Numbered from the stretch's first letter, positions 44,906 through 55,003 are shown. The stretch: DNA of 64,000 bases from an uncultured Nitrososphaerales archaeon (GCA_963695855.1 CAVOHZ010000001.1:22898-86897), one strand, 5' to 3'. Program-made: numbers and translations. Notes: generated by a model not told the origin, from the letters alone.

Positions 44906-45739
44906 ATGTCAGATAACAATTACAAAATGGTTAGAATCGACATTATGACAAATCATGACTTGGAGAAATTTAAGAACGATTCAAAATTTGCCATCATTCC
45001 TGTAGGATCGCTTGAACAGCATGGAGACCACCTTCCAGTATCAACTGATTCCATCATAGCAGAATACCTTGCACAAAATGTATCACAGAATGTTCATGCA
45101 ATATGTCTCCCTGTCTTAACTTTTGGTATATCTTTTGAACATGAACCCCTGTTCAATGTTTCACTCACACATCAGACTTTTTCACGGGTACTTAAGGAGA
45201 TCTGCATTTCATTGATAAAATTTGGAATAAAAGACGTCATAATATTGAATGGGCACCATGGAAATATGGGTGCACTTCACTATGTATCCCAAGACGTTTT
45301 CAATGAAATAAATCATGCTAGCAAATTTTCACAAGATAGAGATATTTTCGAGCATGTATCAATAAATTTCATCAATTATTGGCATTTGATGCAAGTATTG
45401 GACCATGCAGGAGAGATAGAGACATCACTTATAATGGCTATAAATCCAGATCTTGTACATTTGAATAGTCATATTATTTCTCAACGATCACAGCTATCGA
45501 ATAAAGTGCACAGTAGCAACGACAATAATAACACAAGTGCAAAAGGAAACAAAATCGTCGAGAAATCAAAAATAGCTTATGCAAGTATTACTAATACTCC
45601 AGGTTCCTTTCTAAAAATAACTGGAAATGGTGTGTGGGGAGATCCCACGAAGGCATCGGCAGAGAAAGGAAAAGAGATATTAAGAGATCTCGTTTTCAAG
45701 ATAGAAGAAACAATTAATGATTTTAAAAAAAAGACATAA
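44906..45739 (+). CDS. creatininase-family amidohydrolase
   Basis: PVGSLEQHGDHLP..TD, NGHHGN, HAGEIETS, GVWGDPTKASAEKG. Confidence 0.92.
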   Translation: MSDNNYKMVRIDIMTNHDLEKFKNDSKFAIIPVGSLEQHGDHLPVSTDSIIAEYLAQNVSQNVHAICLPVLTFGISFEHEPLFNVSLTHQTFSRVLKEICISLIKFGIKDVIILNGHHGNMGALHYVSQDVFNEINHASKFSQDRDIFEHVSINFINYWHLMQVLDHAGEIETSLIMAINPDLVHLNSHIISQRSQLSNKVHSSNDNNNTSAKGNKIVEKSKIAYASITNTPGSFLKITGNGVWGDPTKASAEKGKEILRDLVFKIEETINDFKKKT

Positions 45740-45886
45740 TCTTGCGAAAAACTAAATAATATTACTTATGAATTTCACTATTTTTGAAAAAAATAAGATT
45801 TCATGATTGATTTAAAGTAACAAGCAACTTAGTGAAATTTTAATATATAACTATGATTCATTCCTTAGTAACAGGTAGATTTAGTA

Positions 45887-46117
45887 TTGTCAATTGATAT
45901 GGCCGTAAAGGTTTTGGATGAAAGTTTTGGAAAGATTGTATTGATAAAATTAAAGGGAGGAAAGGTTATTAGAGGAGTCCTTCATGGATTCGATCAACAT
46001 ATGAATTTGTTGCTAGATAACTCCGTGGAGATTTTAGACGAAGGAAAATCGGTAGATTTAGGTACTATAGTTGTAAGAGGAGATAATGTAGTCATTATTT
46101 CTCCGCCACCATCATAA
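45887..46117 (+). CDS. Sm-like (Lsm/SmAP1) protein
   Basis: GVLHGFDQHMNLLL, IVVRGDNVVIISP; upstream of L37e as is usual in archaea. Confidence 0.95.
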   Translation: MSIDMAVKVLDESFGKIVLIKLKGGKVIRGVLHGFDQHMNLLLDNSVEILDEGKSVDLGTIVVRGDNVVIISPPPS

Positions 46118-46176
46118 TAGAGTGGTATAAATATTATAAATTATATTTTAAAAAATAAAGGGGGTAAAATTAAGGA

Positions 46177-46347
46177 ATGACAAAAGGAACAACTTCAATG
46201 GGAAAATATACCCGAAAGAAAGTCCATATCAGGTGTAGAAGATGCGGTCATAACTCATTTCATAAACGAGGAAAAGAATGTTCAAAGTGTGGGTATCCTG
46301 ATCCAAAAATGAGAAAGTATAACTGGATTAAAAGACAGGTTCTTTAA
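46177..46347 (+). CDS. rpl37e: 50S ribosomal protein L37e (not in ORF track)
   Basis: [50 protein letters not shown]. Confidence 0.96.
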   Translation: MTKGTTSMGKYTRKKVHIRCRRCGHNSFHKRGKECSKCGYPDPKMRKYNWIKRQVL

Positions 46348-46471
46348 TATAATCATTTTATAATTTTTAACTATAAATTTTAGTAAATACTTGAATTAGA
46401 GAAATGCTATAACAAATGGATTATTTTAAATAAACATGTCATCATAGATCTGTAAGAGTAGTATCGGTATT

Positions 46472-47714
46472 ATGTTAAATGCAGATGATCTATATCTCAT
46501 AATCATAGCCGGATTATCAATTGTTTTTGGAATCGTTTTTGGAATTTTTTTTAACCAGATAAAAGAAAGATTGAGAATCTCTAGATCATTTACTCATGTT
46601 TTTTCTGAGGCTGGTAACACATTCAGTAACAAAAAGCAATTACAACATTTAGAAAATAATGCTAATGATGATGGGCAAACCATATTGAAGAAGAACGAAC
46701 AGGTATTAGAAGATGAGATAAAATTGTATCAGTTTGAAAAAGACCTTGTTACACGCGCTATTGAAAATATTTTGGTTTCATCTAGAGAGAACAATATAGA
46801 TCATTTTGAAAGAGATAGGTTGCTTATAAAATACAAAGATCAATTAAGATCCCTTAATGAAAACATGGAAAGGATGCAATCGGAGATAGACATCACAAAA
46901 TTAGTCAACCTGAGAAACGATTTTATGAACTTGCTAGAAACAAAAATCGATCAGATAGACGACAAGATAATAGAGATCAATAAAAAATTTGGACCTGTAG
47001 ACTGGTATAAAGATCGATGGAAAGAACCAGTTTAACATCACAAAAAACAACAACAACTACAACACATCATCAACTGACAAAACCTCACAAAATTCAAAAT
47101 ATCCAAACGACCGAATCGATGATAGTACATTAGAATCCAGAGAATTTGTCGATTACAAATCAGATAAAACAAATAGAACCAGATATGATGGCAGCAACAT
47201 CGAGGACCCTGACGACAAAAAAAGAATTGAGGAAATAAAAGAGAAGGTTATGGTTGCGTTAGATCGCCTTGATTATACAAAACCAATAGAAGAGGAAATG
47301 GATAATAACATAGAATCTTATACCAAGATCAATAATAGAAACAATAACATACAAGAAATCCATGAACAAAAAAAAGAGCATTATGCACTGTTCAATATTG
47401 ATGTCAACAGATTAAAGGATGATAAAAATGATGAGGATGTTTTATTGCATACATATGAAAATACCAAAAATCAAGATACTACAGTATCAACTGAAGTGGG
47501 AAGTAAAAATGGACCTGATAGGGAAGACCATAAAAGAGACCAAGATAGTGGCAAAAACAGATTTCCTTTAGCAGCGTTTTTCTCAACACGAGAAGCAGAA
47601 AGTGTAAAGGATTTGAAAAACGAGATCAATCAACAGATAAAACTGAAAGAGAAAGAGACGAAAGAAAGTCGAAATCCATTGGGAAATATATTAAAAATAC
47701 TTCATAAAAAGTAA
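46472..47714 (+). CDS. membrane-anchored coiled-coil protein, apparently split by a frameshift at ~47030
   Basis: N-terminal TM segment and coiled coil (46472-47035); the frame of ORF 47250-47714 is open back to ~47030. Confidence 0.6.
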
Positions 47715-47860
47715 TGTTTTAAAAAAATCTGTCAGATAAAGAGAAGATACAGAAAGAAAGGAGAACATAAGATGTAACGTTTTGTTCTATCTGATGACAA
47801 AAATTAGATAACTAGTAAATACCTTATTAGTCTAAATAGAAAAAGAGTGGTGTACTTTTT

Positions 47861-47954
47861 ATTTATTATTTATTATTTATTATTTATTATTTATTATTTA
47901 TTATTTATTATTTATTATTTATTATTTATTATTTATTATTTATTATTTATTATT
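47861..47954. repeat. (ATTTATT)x13 heptamer microsatellite
   Basis: 13 perfect copies at 47861-47951 plus a partial copy; overlaps the stop of the VOC gene. Confidence 0.95.
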
Positions 47955-48361
47955 CTGCACCTAAGAAACCTATCAAGTCAAATTCTTCGGTTGTTTCTTT
48001 GGACGTTATTTCGGCAATAGAAATCAAATGCCCATCAGGATCAGTTATAATGGTATGCTTACCGAATGGTTCTTGTTTGGGTTCTTTGAAAAACTTTACG
48101 TTTTTTCTCCGAAGATCTGCTACCAGATTGTCTAGGTCACCCACGATAACTCCCACCAAGATATTAATATTAGAATATTGATAATTTTCCTTTTCCAGCT
48201 TTCTTTTTCTTGGATGCAAAGTCAGAGTAGTTCCTTTATCAAACAATTCGATCCAATCTGGGCACTTTCTTTGTTTTTAACCCCAGTACTTTAGAATAGA
48301 ATTCAAAGGAATGTTCCATGTCTTCCACCAATAAAATAACAGAACCAATTTTACTGAACAT
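47950..48361 (-). CDS. VOC/glyoxalase-family protein, apparent frameshift at ~48270
   Basis: N-part MFSKIGSVILLVEDMEHSFEFYSKVLGLK from ATG 48361; C-part PDWIELF...EPFGKHTIITDPDGHLISI. Confidence 0.85.
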
Positions 48362-48497
48362 TATCTTAGAAAATAGTATAAAAATGTTAGTTATTAAAAG
48401 AATCGGTTATTTTGACTATTAACGACTTAAATCAGATTACATGGATAATCTATAAAACGTTATATATCTAATGACAATTTAGCGAATCTTAAAGATA

Positions 48498-49379
48498 TTG
48501 AAAGATAGTTATGAGAAAATCAAAGAGGATAACAATAAAGAGGGTGATATTGATTGTACTATTGACAATTCTGGTAACGATATTAACCGTTTAAACAGCA
48601 GTCGAACGGAGACCAATATCAAAAATAGTTACTATAATTTAGTATTAGATGATATCATAGAAAAGTTTTTCATCAATTTATTAAAACGAAATGAATATCT
48701 CAAATCTAAAGAAAAAGACAATTACCAAAATGATGATCATAACGATAAAGATATAGTCATTGGTTTAGGAAGCGGGAGTACGGTAGCATTACTTGTTGAA
48801 AAGATAGGCGAGCTTGAAGGAAAAGAGGTATTTGGATTCATACCTACCTCCTATCAAATAAAAATTCTTTCGGAACGATGCGGTTTAAGGTTTTTAGACG
48901 AATCGAGAATCAATGAAATAGACCTTGTAATTGATGGCGCAGATCAGATAGACCAAAAACTAAACATGATAAAGGGTGGAGGTGGAGCATTGTTTAAAGA
49001 AAAGATACTAATGTATTCTGCTAAACAAAAAGTAATACTTGCAGATTCACAAAAATTTGTTCCCTTTTTTTCCCTACCAATCCCAATAGAGATCCATCCG
49101 TTTGGCAGGGTAGCGGTTACAAAAAAACTCGAGGATATTGGTGGACATCCAAAAATAAGATTTTTGAAAAAAGGATATCCATTTATCACAGAGAATGGAA
49201 ATTTGATACTAGACACAGAATTTGACAATTTGACAAAAGAATATGATATAGCAGTACTTGAAAATAAAATTAAGAGTATCCCCGGAGTGATTGAGGTCGG
49301 AATATTTTCTAGTACTAAAAATATTACATATTACTGTGTAAACTCTGATGGATCTTTTTCTACGACAATTTCAAGTTGA
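48498..49379 (+). CDS. rpiA: ribose-5-phosphate isomerase A
   Basis: IGLGSGST, IDGADQID, IKGGGGALFKEK, TENGNLILD, IPGVIEVGIF. Confidence 0.95.
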   Translation: MKDSYEKIKEDNNKEGDIDCTIDNSGNDINRLNSSRTETNIKNSYYNLVLDDIIEKFFINLLKRNEYLKSKEKDNYQNDDHNDKDIVIGLGSGSTVALLVEKIGELEGKEVFGFIPTSYQIKILSERCGLRFLDESRINEIDLVIDGADQIDQKLNMIKGGGGALFKEKILMYSAKQKVILADSQKFVPFFSLPIPIEIHPFGRVAVTKKLEDIGGHPKIRFLKKGYPFITENGNLILDTEFDNLTKEYDIAVLENKIKSIPGVIEVGIFSSTKNITYYCVNSDGSFSTTISS

Positions 49380-49479
49380 TCTAGAATAAATAAATGCGTT
49401 GCAACGACATACAATAAAAAAAATTGAATATCAAATTAGTAAACAATTAAAGCAAGCTACTGAGTGAATTTAAAAATAG

Positions 49480-50982
49480 TCACATAAAACGTGGTAGGAA
49501 CTTTCCATATCCATGATATTCATCATTCACAACAGAATTTTCTGCAATAACTTTTCCTCTACATATTGTGGCTACTGGCCATCCTTGAAATTCCCATCCA
49601 TCATATATTGTATAGTCAGAGTATGACTGTAACAGTTCAGGAGTAACCTTCTTTCTTAGATCCAGATCAACTATCACAAGGTCAGCATCAGAGCCAGCTT
49701 GAAGTGACCCTTTCTGTGGAAAAATATTGAAGATCCTTGAGGTATTATAGCTTGTTACTTCACAAACCTTTTCCAAATTAATCCTTCCCTTATTTACACC
49801 TTCACTTAACAATACAGGAAGCATTGTAGCAAGTCCTGGGAACCCTGCTAGCGAGTTTAACAAGTCATCGTCAACGATTTTAAGTGATAATCTGTTTGCA
49901 ACATGATCGGTTCCTATTGTGTCTATAATTCCATTTCTTAATGCATACCATACACTTTGAACGTCATGTTTGGATCTCAGTGGTGGTACAACCTTTCCCT
50001 TTAAATTGGCATAATCATAACTATGTGTTAAATAATGAGGACAGGTTTCAATGTAAAGATTACAGCCACCCAACTCTCTTTCCTCTATTATAGCATCGAT
50101 TGCTGTACTGGAACCAATATGAACAAAATATATGTTCGATTTATATTTTCTAGCAAGGGCTGATATCTTTTTTATACTCTTTACCTCAGATTCATAAGGT
50201 CTACATTTAGACCAGATCTCAAGAAGATTTGGTTTTTTATTGTCTTTTATACTACTAGTTAAATTTTCATTAGTTTTGTTAGTATAATTTTTTGTTTCCT
50301 TCTTCTTTTTTCTACCCTGATTTTTCTTGACTATATTGTTCTTTATAGAATCATAACATATCTGTGGATCTTCTGCATGCACCAATAAAGTCCCGTTGAA
50401 ATCATGTGTTGTAGTTTTCACGATCTTCTCAAGAAATTCGTCTGTTATATTTACGTGTCCACTTCTAACATTTTTTTCGTTAGGATTCAAATCCATGTGA
50501 ATATGATTAAGACCAGATCCCAAATTCATATATAATTTAAAGGAATTTACTCCAACTTTTTTGTACAGATACGAGACGTCATCAAGATGATCGGTCATTA
50601 GAATCGATGGATGTACTGTATAATCTATGTAATGACTTTTAGCACTCGCTTCTAACTGTTCTGATATGCTCTCACGATATTGCGAATCTAATCTAAGCAT
50701 CCTGATAACAGTAGTAATTCCACCAATTGCTGCTGACCTTGACTCAGTTGTTGCAGCATTTTCAATAGGCGTGTATACCCCGTAATGGACATGAGGGTCT
50801 ATCAATCCTGGAAGGATGAATTTCTTTGATGCGTCGAGAATTTTGTCACTAGAAATATTATCAATATTTTTTGAAAGATTCTTTATCTTTCCATTTTCAA
50901 TAAGTATATTTGTTTGAATAACCCCAACTTTTGGTATAACAACATTCCCATTTTTTACCAATAGATCACAAGAATTTTGCAT
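49480..50982 (-). CDS. cyclic amidohydrolase (dihydroorotase/dihydropyrimidinase/allantoinase family)
   Basis: PGLIDPHVH, SFKLYM, HAED, ETCPHYL, PPLR, GTDH, KGSLQAGSDADLV. Confidence 0.9.
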   Translation of the reverse strand: MQNSCDLLVKNGNVVIPKVGVIQTNILIENGKIKNLSKNIDNISSDKILDASKKFILPGLIDPHVHYGVYTPIENAATTESRSAAIGGITTVIRMLRLDSQYRESISEQLEASAKSHYIDYTVHPSILMTDHLDDVSYLYKKVGVNSFKLYMNLGSGLNHIHMDLNPNEKNVRSGHVNITDEFLEKIVKTTTHDFNGTLLVHAEDPQICYDSIKNNIVKKNQGRKKKKETKNYTNKTNENLTSSIKDNKKPNLLEIWSKCRPYESEVKSIKKISALARKYKSNIYFVHIGSSTAIDAIIEERELGGCNLYIETCPHYLTHSYDYANLKGKVVPPLRSKHDVQSVWYALRNGIIDTIGTDHVANRLSLKIVDDDLLNSLAGFPGLATMLPVLLSEGVNKGRINLEKVCEVTSYNTSRIFNIFPQKGSLQAGSDADLVIVDLDLRKKVTPELLQSYSDYTIYDGWEFQGWPVATICRGKVIAENSVVNDEYHGYGKFLPRFM

Positions 50983-51211
50983 TTAGTATCTATGAAATGC
51001 ATGAGATTCAAATAACAATAATTATGTTACTATCTTTTATTTGAAATTACGTTAAGAAATAAGAATAATTTTGCGGTGTTTTTAATATCAAATAGAAAAT
51101 TTATTTAGGGCAAAAAATCTTGTTTGTTTATTGTTAGGAAACGTTATTTATTATTTTATTTTATTTTATTTTATTTTATTTTTTGTTTATTTTTAAAAAA
51201 AAAGAAAAAAG

Positions 51212-52753
51212 TTAGGCTACTTTCACTGTACCCTTCATGAAGGGATGCAGAGAACAGTAGTAGTCAAATGTGCCTGCCTTGTCAAATTTATGTTCCCACG
51301 TGCTTCCTGAACTTATGATTGAAGAATCAAATCCTCCTTCTACTGGAGCCTCAGCGCTACCTTGTACGACAGTATGAATAGTTGCATCGTCATTTGTCCA
51401 TGTTACTTCTGTTCCCGGACTTACCGTTACAGAGCTTGGAGAAAAGAATTCTGCATTACTTGGATTAGAAGCACCTGAGGCAATGGATACTGCTTCTTGT
51501 GCAAATGCAAGAGTTGCATTCATCTTCATTGTAGTATCGTTTCCCATCATATCTTGTGCAAATGCAAGAGTTGCATTCATCTTCATTGTAGTATCATTTC
51601 CCATCATATCTTGTGCACTAACTTGTGTAAGTTTTGCTGCTTCTTTCATTACGTATGGTTGATTCCACGATGCAACTGCACTCTCACTTCCCTTTGGAGC
51701 AACTGCTGTTCCAACTGGCTGATCATTGTCTGTTGAATTTAGATCTGCTATGACCGCAAATGCACCACCTCTTACTACATGATTCATGTTGTGATCAACA
51801 GCTACATAAGTACCTGCTTCTGGGAATGTTGCCTCAAATGCAGATGCAGAACCTGGTGGTACCCACCATGTTTCATCCATTATATCTTGTGTTCCATAGT
51901 CGTCAGCTCCTTCATTTTGACCATCTCTGACAGTCATCTGACCTGCAATAAAGTGGAAAGCTACTCCCCCATTTGGACCTGGATTCAAGATATACCATCT
52001 AGTTAGATCTCCTGGTTTGACTTTAAATAATTCAGGATGTTCGTTAAGTGTTATTTTTGCTGTATCACCTATACCTGGTACATATTTGTGAGCCATTCCG
52101 TTTGTCAATATAAGGTCTGGCTGTTCAGTAGCAAATTTACCAAGGTCGAATGTGCCAACTTTTCCGCCAGTTCCTTTAAATAAACCTTGATCTGCGGAAT
52201 TATAGTTTTCACCAAATGATACATAGAATTCTTTCGCTTTCTCTTCGTTCTCTGGATGTACAACTACAGCACCATACATTCCATTAGCAATGTGTTCCCA
52301 CACACCATTCAATGCATCAGCACCACAATGGTACATGAATACACCTGGAGTATTGGCATGTATGGTTACATGTTTAGTTTCACCTGGTTTAATATTTCCT
52401 GACAAAACGTTGCTTGGTCCTATTCCTGCATGAAAGTCTAGACTATGTATAACTTTACCGTCATTTCTTATAGTAATATTTAAAATATCTCCTACGTCAC
52501 CAGCAATCATTGGTGCTGGAATTGTTCCGTTGAACGTCATTGCGGCATATTCAATTCCGCCTGGATGTAATATGTTATCTGGAGCAATTTTGAGCGGATG
52601 TTCACTTGCAACCAATAATACTTGTTTTACTGGTCCCTGATCCTCATCCTGAGCCATCGCTTTTTGAACTAATGGTATCCCAATAGACATTGGGCCTATT
52701 AAAAGCCCAGCTACTAGAACAACCATCAGTATCCCGGTTAAGAGTAGTTTCAT
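51212..52753 (-). CDS. nirK: copper nitrite reductase (NirK-type multicopper oxidase) fused to a C-terminal cupredoxin domain
   Basis: HSLDFH, YHC, EHIANGM, FHFIAG, VDH; C-terminal HTV...YYCSLHPFM type-1 Cu site; signal peptide. Confidence 0.88.
   Translation of the reverse strand: MKLLLTGILMVVLVAGLLIGPMSIGIPLVQKAMAQDEDQGPVKQVLLVASEHPLKIAPDNILHPGGIEYAAMTFNGTIPAPMIAGDVGDILNITIRNDGKVIHSLDFHAGIGPSNVLSGNIKPGETKHVTIHANTPGVFMYHCGADALNGVWEHIANGMYGAVVVHPENEEKAKEFYVSFGENYNSADQGLFKGTGGKVGTFDLGKFATEQPDLILTNGMAHKYVPGIGDTAKITLNEHPELFKVKPGDLTRWYILNPGPNGGVAFHFIAGQMTVRDGQNEGADDYGTQDIMDETWWVPPGSASAFEATFPEAGTYVAVDHNMNHVVRGGAFAVIADLNSTDNDQPVGTAVAPKGSESAVASWNQPYVMKEAAKLTQVSAQDMMGNDTTMKMNATLAFAQDMMGNDTTMKMNATLAFAQEAVSIASGASNPSNAEFFSPSSVTVSPGTEVTWTNDDATIHTVVQGSAEAPVEGGFDSSIISSGSTWEHKFDKAGTFDYYCSLHPFMKGTVKVA
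51495..51617 (-). repeat. 57-bp in-frame tandem repeat in the NirK linker
   Basis: AQDMMGNDTTMKMNATLAF x2, with one synonymous difference. Confidence 0.95.
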
Positions 52754-52756
52754 TGT

Positions 52757-52790
52757 TTGACAAGTTCAATTATTCCTATATAATGTTTTT
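52757..52790 (-). promoter_or_regulatory. putative nirK promoter (BRE + TATA)
   Basis: On the minus strand gaaaaacaTTATATAG lies 23-30 nt upstream of the ATG, consistent with a leaderless or short-leader archaeal transcript. Confidence 0.55.
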
Positions 52791-53011
52791 CCCAGATTTT
52801 GTTATTGAAGAAATATCACTATATAGATACAATAAATAAAAGGATTTTATTTGCTATAATAAATTTATAAAAAAAATATAAAGATTCTTTTATTATAAAT
52901 GTTTATTTTATGTTTTTACGGAATAAAATAAAATTTAACTTTTATTTAAACTTTATTTAGCTCTGGTAATACTTATTATTCTTTAAAAAATAAAAATAAT
53001 AATGAATCCTA

Positions 53012-53084
53012 GGGCTGGTAGTTCAGTGGTAGTAATGTTCGGTTCGCATCCGAAAGGTCGCGGGTTCAAATCCCGCCCAGTCCA
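53012..53084 (+). tRNA. tRNA-Ala(CGC)
   Basis: GGGCTGG/CCAGTCC acceptor with G3:U70, TTCGG-TT CGC AT-CCGAA, GGTTCAAATCC. Confidence 0.95.
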
Positions 53085-53139
53085 AAAAATTGTAGCGGTA
53101 TAAATGCCCACTAGTTTTTATATTTAATTCGAATTAAAT

Positions 53140-53287
53140 GTTGACCAAAATAGAATAAAATTTTTTAAATAATACAATAAAAAGTTGACCATTATGTTGA
53201 CCATTTTATGGTTGACATGAATGCTATTATTGCATCCATGGTCAACTTAATGTGAAGTTTGTTGACCATTTATTTGTGATGGTCAAC
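53140..53287. repeat. array of GTTGACCAT motifs in both orientations
   Basis: Forward at 53140 (8/9), 53184, 53196, 53211 (variant) and 53261; reverse (ATGGTCAAC) at 53238 and 53279. Confidence 0.92.
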
Positions 53288-53334
53288 TTTAATATTATTA
53301 TATGTTAACTCTTAGGTTTTCCCTATAACTTTAT

Positions 53335-54516
53335 ATGAAAGTTAGATTTATCATAAACATATTGAGCAGATCTGTCCAAAAAATAAATAATAAAATAGAT
53401 AACGAGAATTCAAAATCAAAAGTCCTAGAAAAAGTAAATAAAGACAATAGGAAAAGTTTAACTGCTAGAGTAAAACCAGAAGATCTTATTGTTTTTAATC
53501 AGAGATTAAAGTTATTTGGTTTTAATAGCATTAATGAGTTAGTACATGAGTTCATAGCAGGGAGATTTCCTCAAATTACAGAAGACAAACAAATAGATAA
53601 TTTGATAGCGAATACTCATTCAAATGGACAAAGAACAATATTAAAAGAAGGAAATACAATAGATTTTTATAAAAATGTGGACCTTAATGATATGTACAAT
53701 TATTATCAAATTATGAGACAATTACATCCAAATACATGTCGAGATCTGATAAGCTATTTTAAAAGATTTAGAGATTTATTTTTTAATGAAAAGGCAGAAG
53801 AATTGAGAATACTTTCTCCACGAATACGTTCTAAAATAATGGATGCATTTCGAAAATTTGGACAATATTATCTTTACAAATACAATGATGATAGTTGTAT
53901 TGATCTTGTATCAAAAATTATAAGAAGATATAATTTGAATGCAGGAAATAATGATCACAGCAAACTCTACATTGTAGATGATAATTATCTATCTGAAAAA
54001 ATAAAAACTATATTTCAACTACAAGGAGAAATTGGTCTAATCGTCAAATTTGCAGTATTTACAGGTTTGAGAGAAGATGAATTAGTTTATACATATAGAA
54101 AAGACATTTGTTCAAATCTTGGAGGATGTTCTTGTGAAAAATTACATGTCATAGAGAAACCAAACGGTACCTCCATTATATTAATCCAATGGTATAGAGG
54201 ACACAAGAAATGTTACTTCACAATTACACCAACTGCATTATGGAAGTCTTTTCGTTGCTTGACATTTTTTGATTACAATCCTCACATAAAATCTGCGCAT
54301 TCATATTTAAAGGCTAAGGATAAAGATTTCCATTTTATGTGGTTAAGAAAAGCACATTATAATATAATGTGTAGAGTTATGAAGCCCTTTGAAGCAAACA
54401 TACTAGCGGGAAGAGCTAAAACTGTTGATGCCAAGCATTATGCAATGTATGAATTAGATATGATGACAAAGAGTTATACTGAAGCTTGGAAAAAATTTGG
54501 CATCACTATTTCTTAA
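53335..54516 (+). CDS. tyrosine recombinase/integrase with N-terminal RHH-like domain
   Basis: FTGLREDE (R), RGHKK (K), LRK (R), LAGR, KHY (Y): archaeal SSV-integrase-like catalytic pattern; SLTARVKPED..FNQRL...SINELVHEFI resembles RHH. Confidence 0.85.
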   Translation: MKVRFIINILSRSVQKINNKIDNENSKSKVLEKVNKDNRKSLTARVKPEDLIVFNQRLKLFGFNSINELVHEFIAGRFPQITEDKQIDNLIANTHSNGQRTILKEGNTIDFYKNVDLNDMYNYYQIMRQLHPNTCRDLISYFKRFRDLFFNEKAEELRILSPRIRSKIMDAFRKFGQYYLYKYNDDSCIDLVSKIIRRYNLNAGNNDHSKLYIVDDNYLSEKIKTIFQLQGEIGLIVKFAVFTGLREDELVYTYRKDICSNLGGCSCEKLHVIEKPNGTSIILIQWYRGHKKCYFTITPTALWKSFRCLTFFDYNPHIKSAHSYLKAKDKDFHFMWLRKAHYNIMCRVMKPFEANILAGRAKTVDAKHYAMYELDMMTKSYTEAWKKFGITIS

Positions 54517-54562
54517 AATTAAAGTGTGCTATATATAAGGATAAATATTTGTTCTCAAAATA

Positions 54563-54943
54563 GTGAATTCACCCAAGATATCAATCGATCAAAATACTTG
54601 GACTTCAATAGTTAAAAATTATGAAATGATAGAAGGAGCACAATTTTCAAATAGTTTTATAATTTTAATGGCGTTAAATGAATCAAATAAACCTTTAAAT
54701 TCTACAGAAATTTCAGGAATAATTGCTCTCAAAACATCTGGTAAAATATTCAAAGTCTCAGCTACATTAAAGGATTCATTAGAACACAGACTAAAGCGTC
54801 GAGGATATGTTGACAGTACAGATATTCCATCAAAAAAAGGGACTATGAAGCCTATCAAAAAGAGCTTATATTCTATTACACCTAAGGGAAGAGATTTATT
54901 GAAAGGTTGGATCTCGTTTCTAAATGCATATAAAAGTGACTAA
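54563..54943 (+). CDS. winged-helix (PadR/MarR-like) DNA-binding protein
   Basis: LNSTEIS...LEHRLKRRGYV...YSITPKGRDLL. Confidence 0.8.
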   Translation: MNSPKISIDQNTWTSIVKNYEMIEGAQFSNSFIILMALNESNKPLNSTEISGIIALKTSGKIFKVSATLKDSLEHRLKRRGYVDSTDIPSKKGTMKPIKKSLYSITPKGRDLLKGWISFLNAYKSD

Positions 54944-55003
54944 TAATAGTCAAGTCTATTAATAAAAAAAATTGAAAGAGATAACTTTAGTAACCAGACA
55001 GAT

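Noticed and set aside
53060-53084. attR duplicate of the tRNA-Ala 3' end
   Set aside because: No second copy noticed in the window, so the island's right boundary cannot be set.
53140-53287. Repeat array as a CRISPR or mini-CRISPR
   Set aside because: Units are 9 bp, in mixed orientation with irregular spacing; no cas genes in the window.
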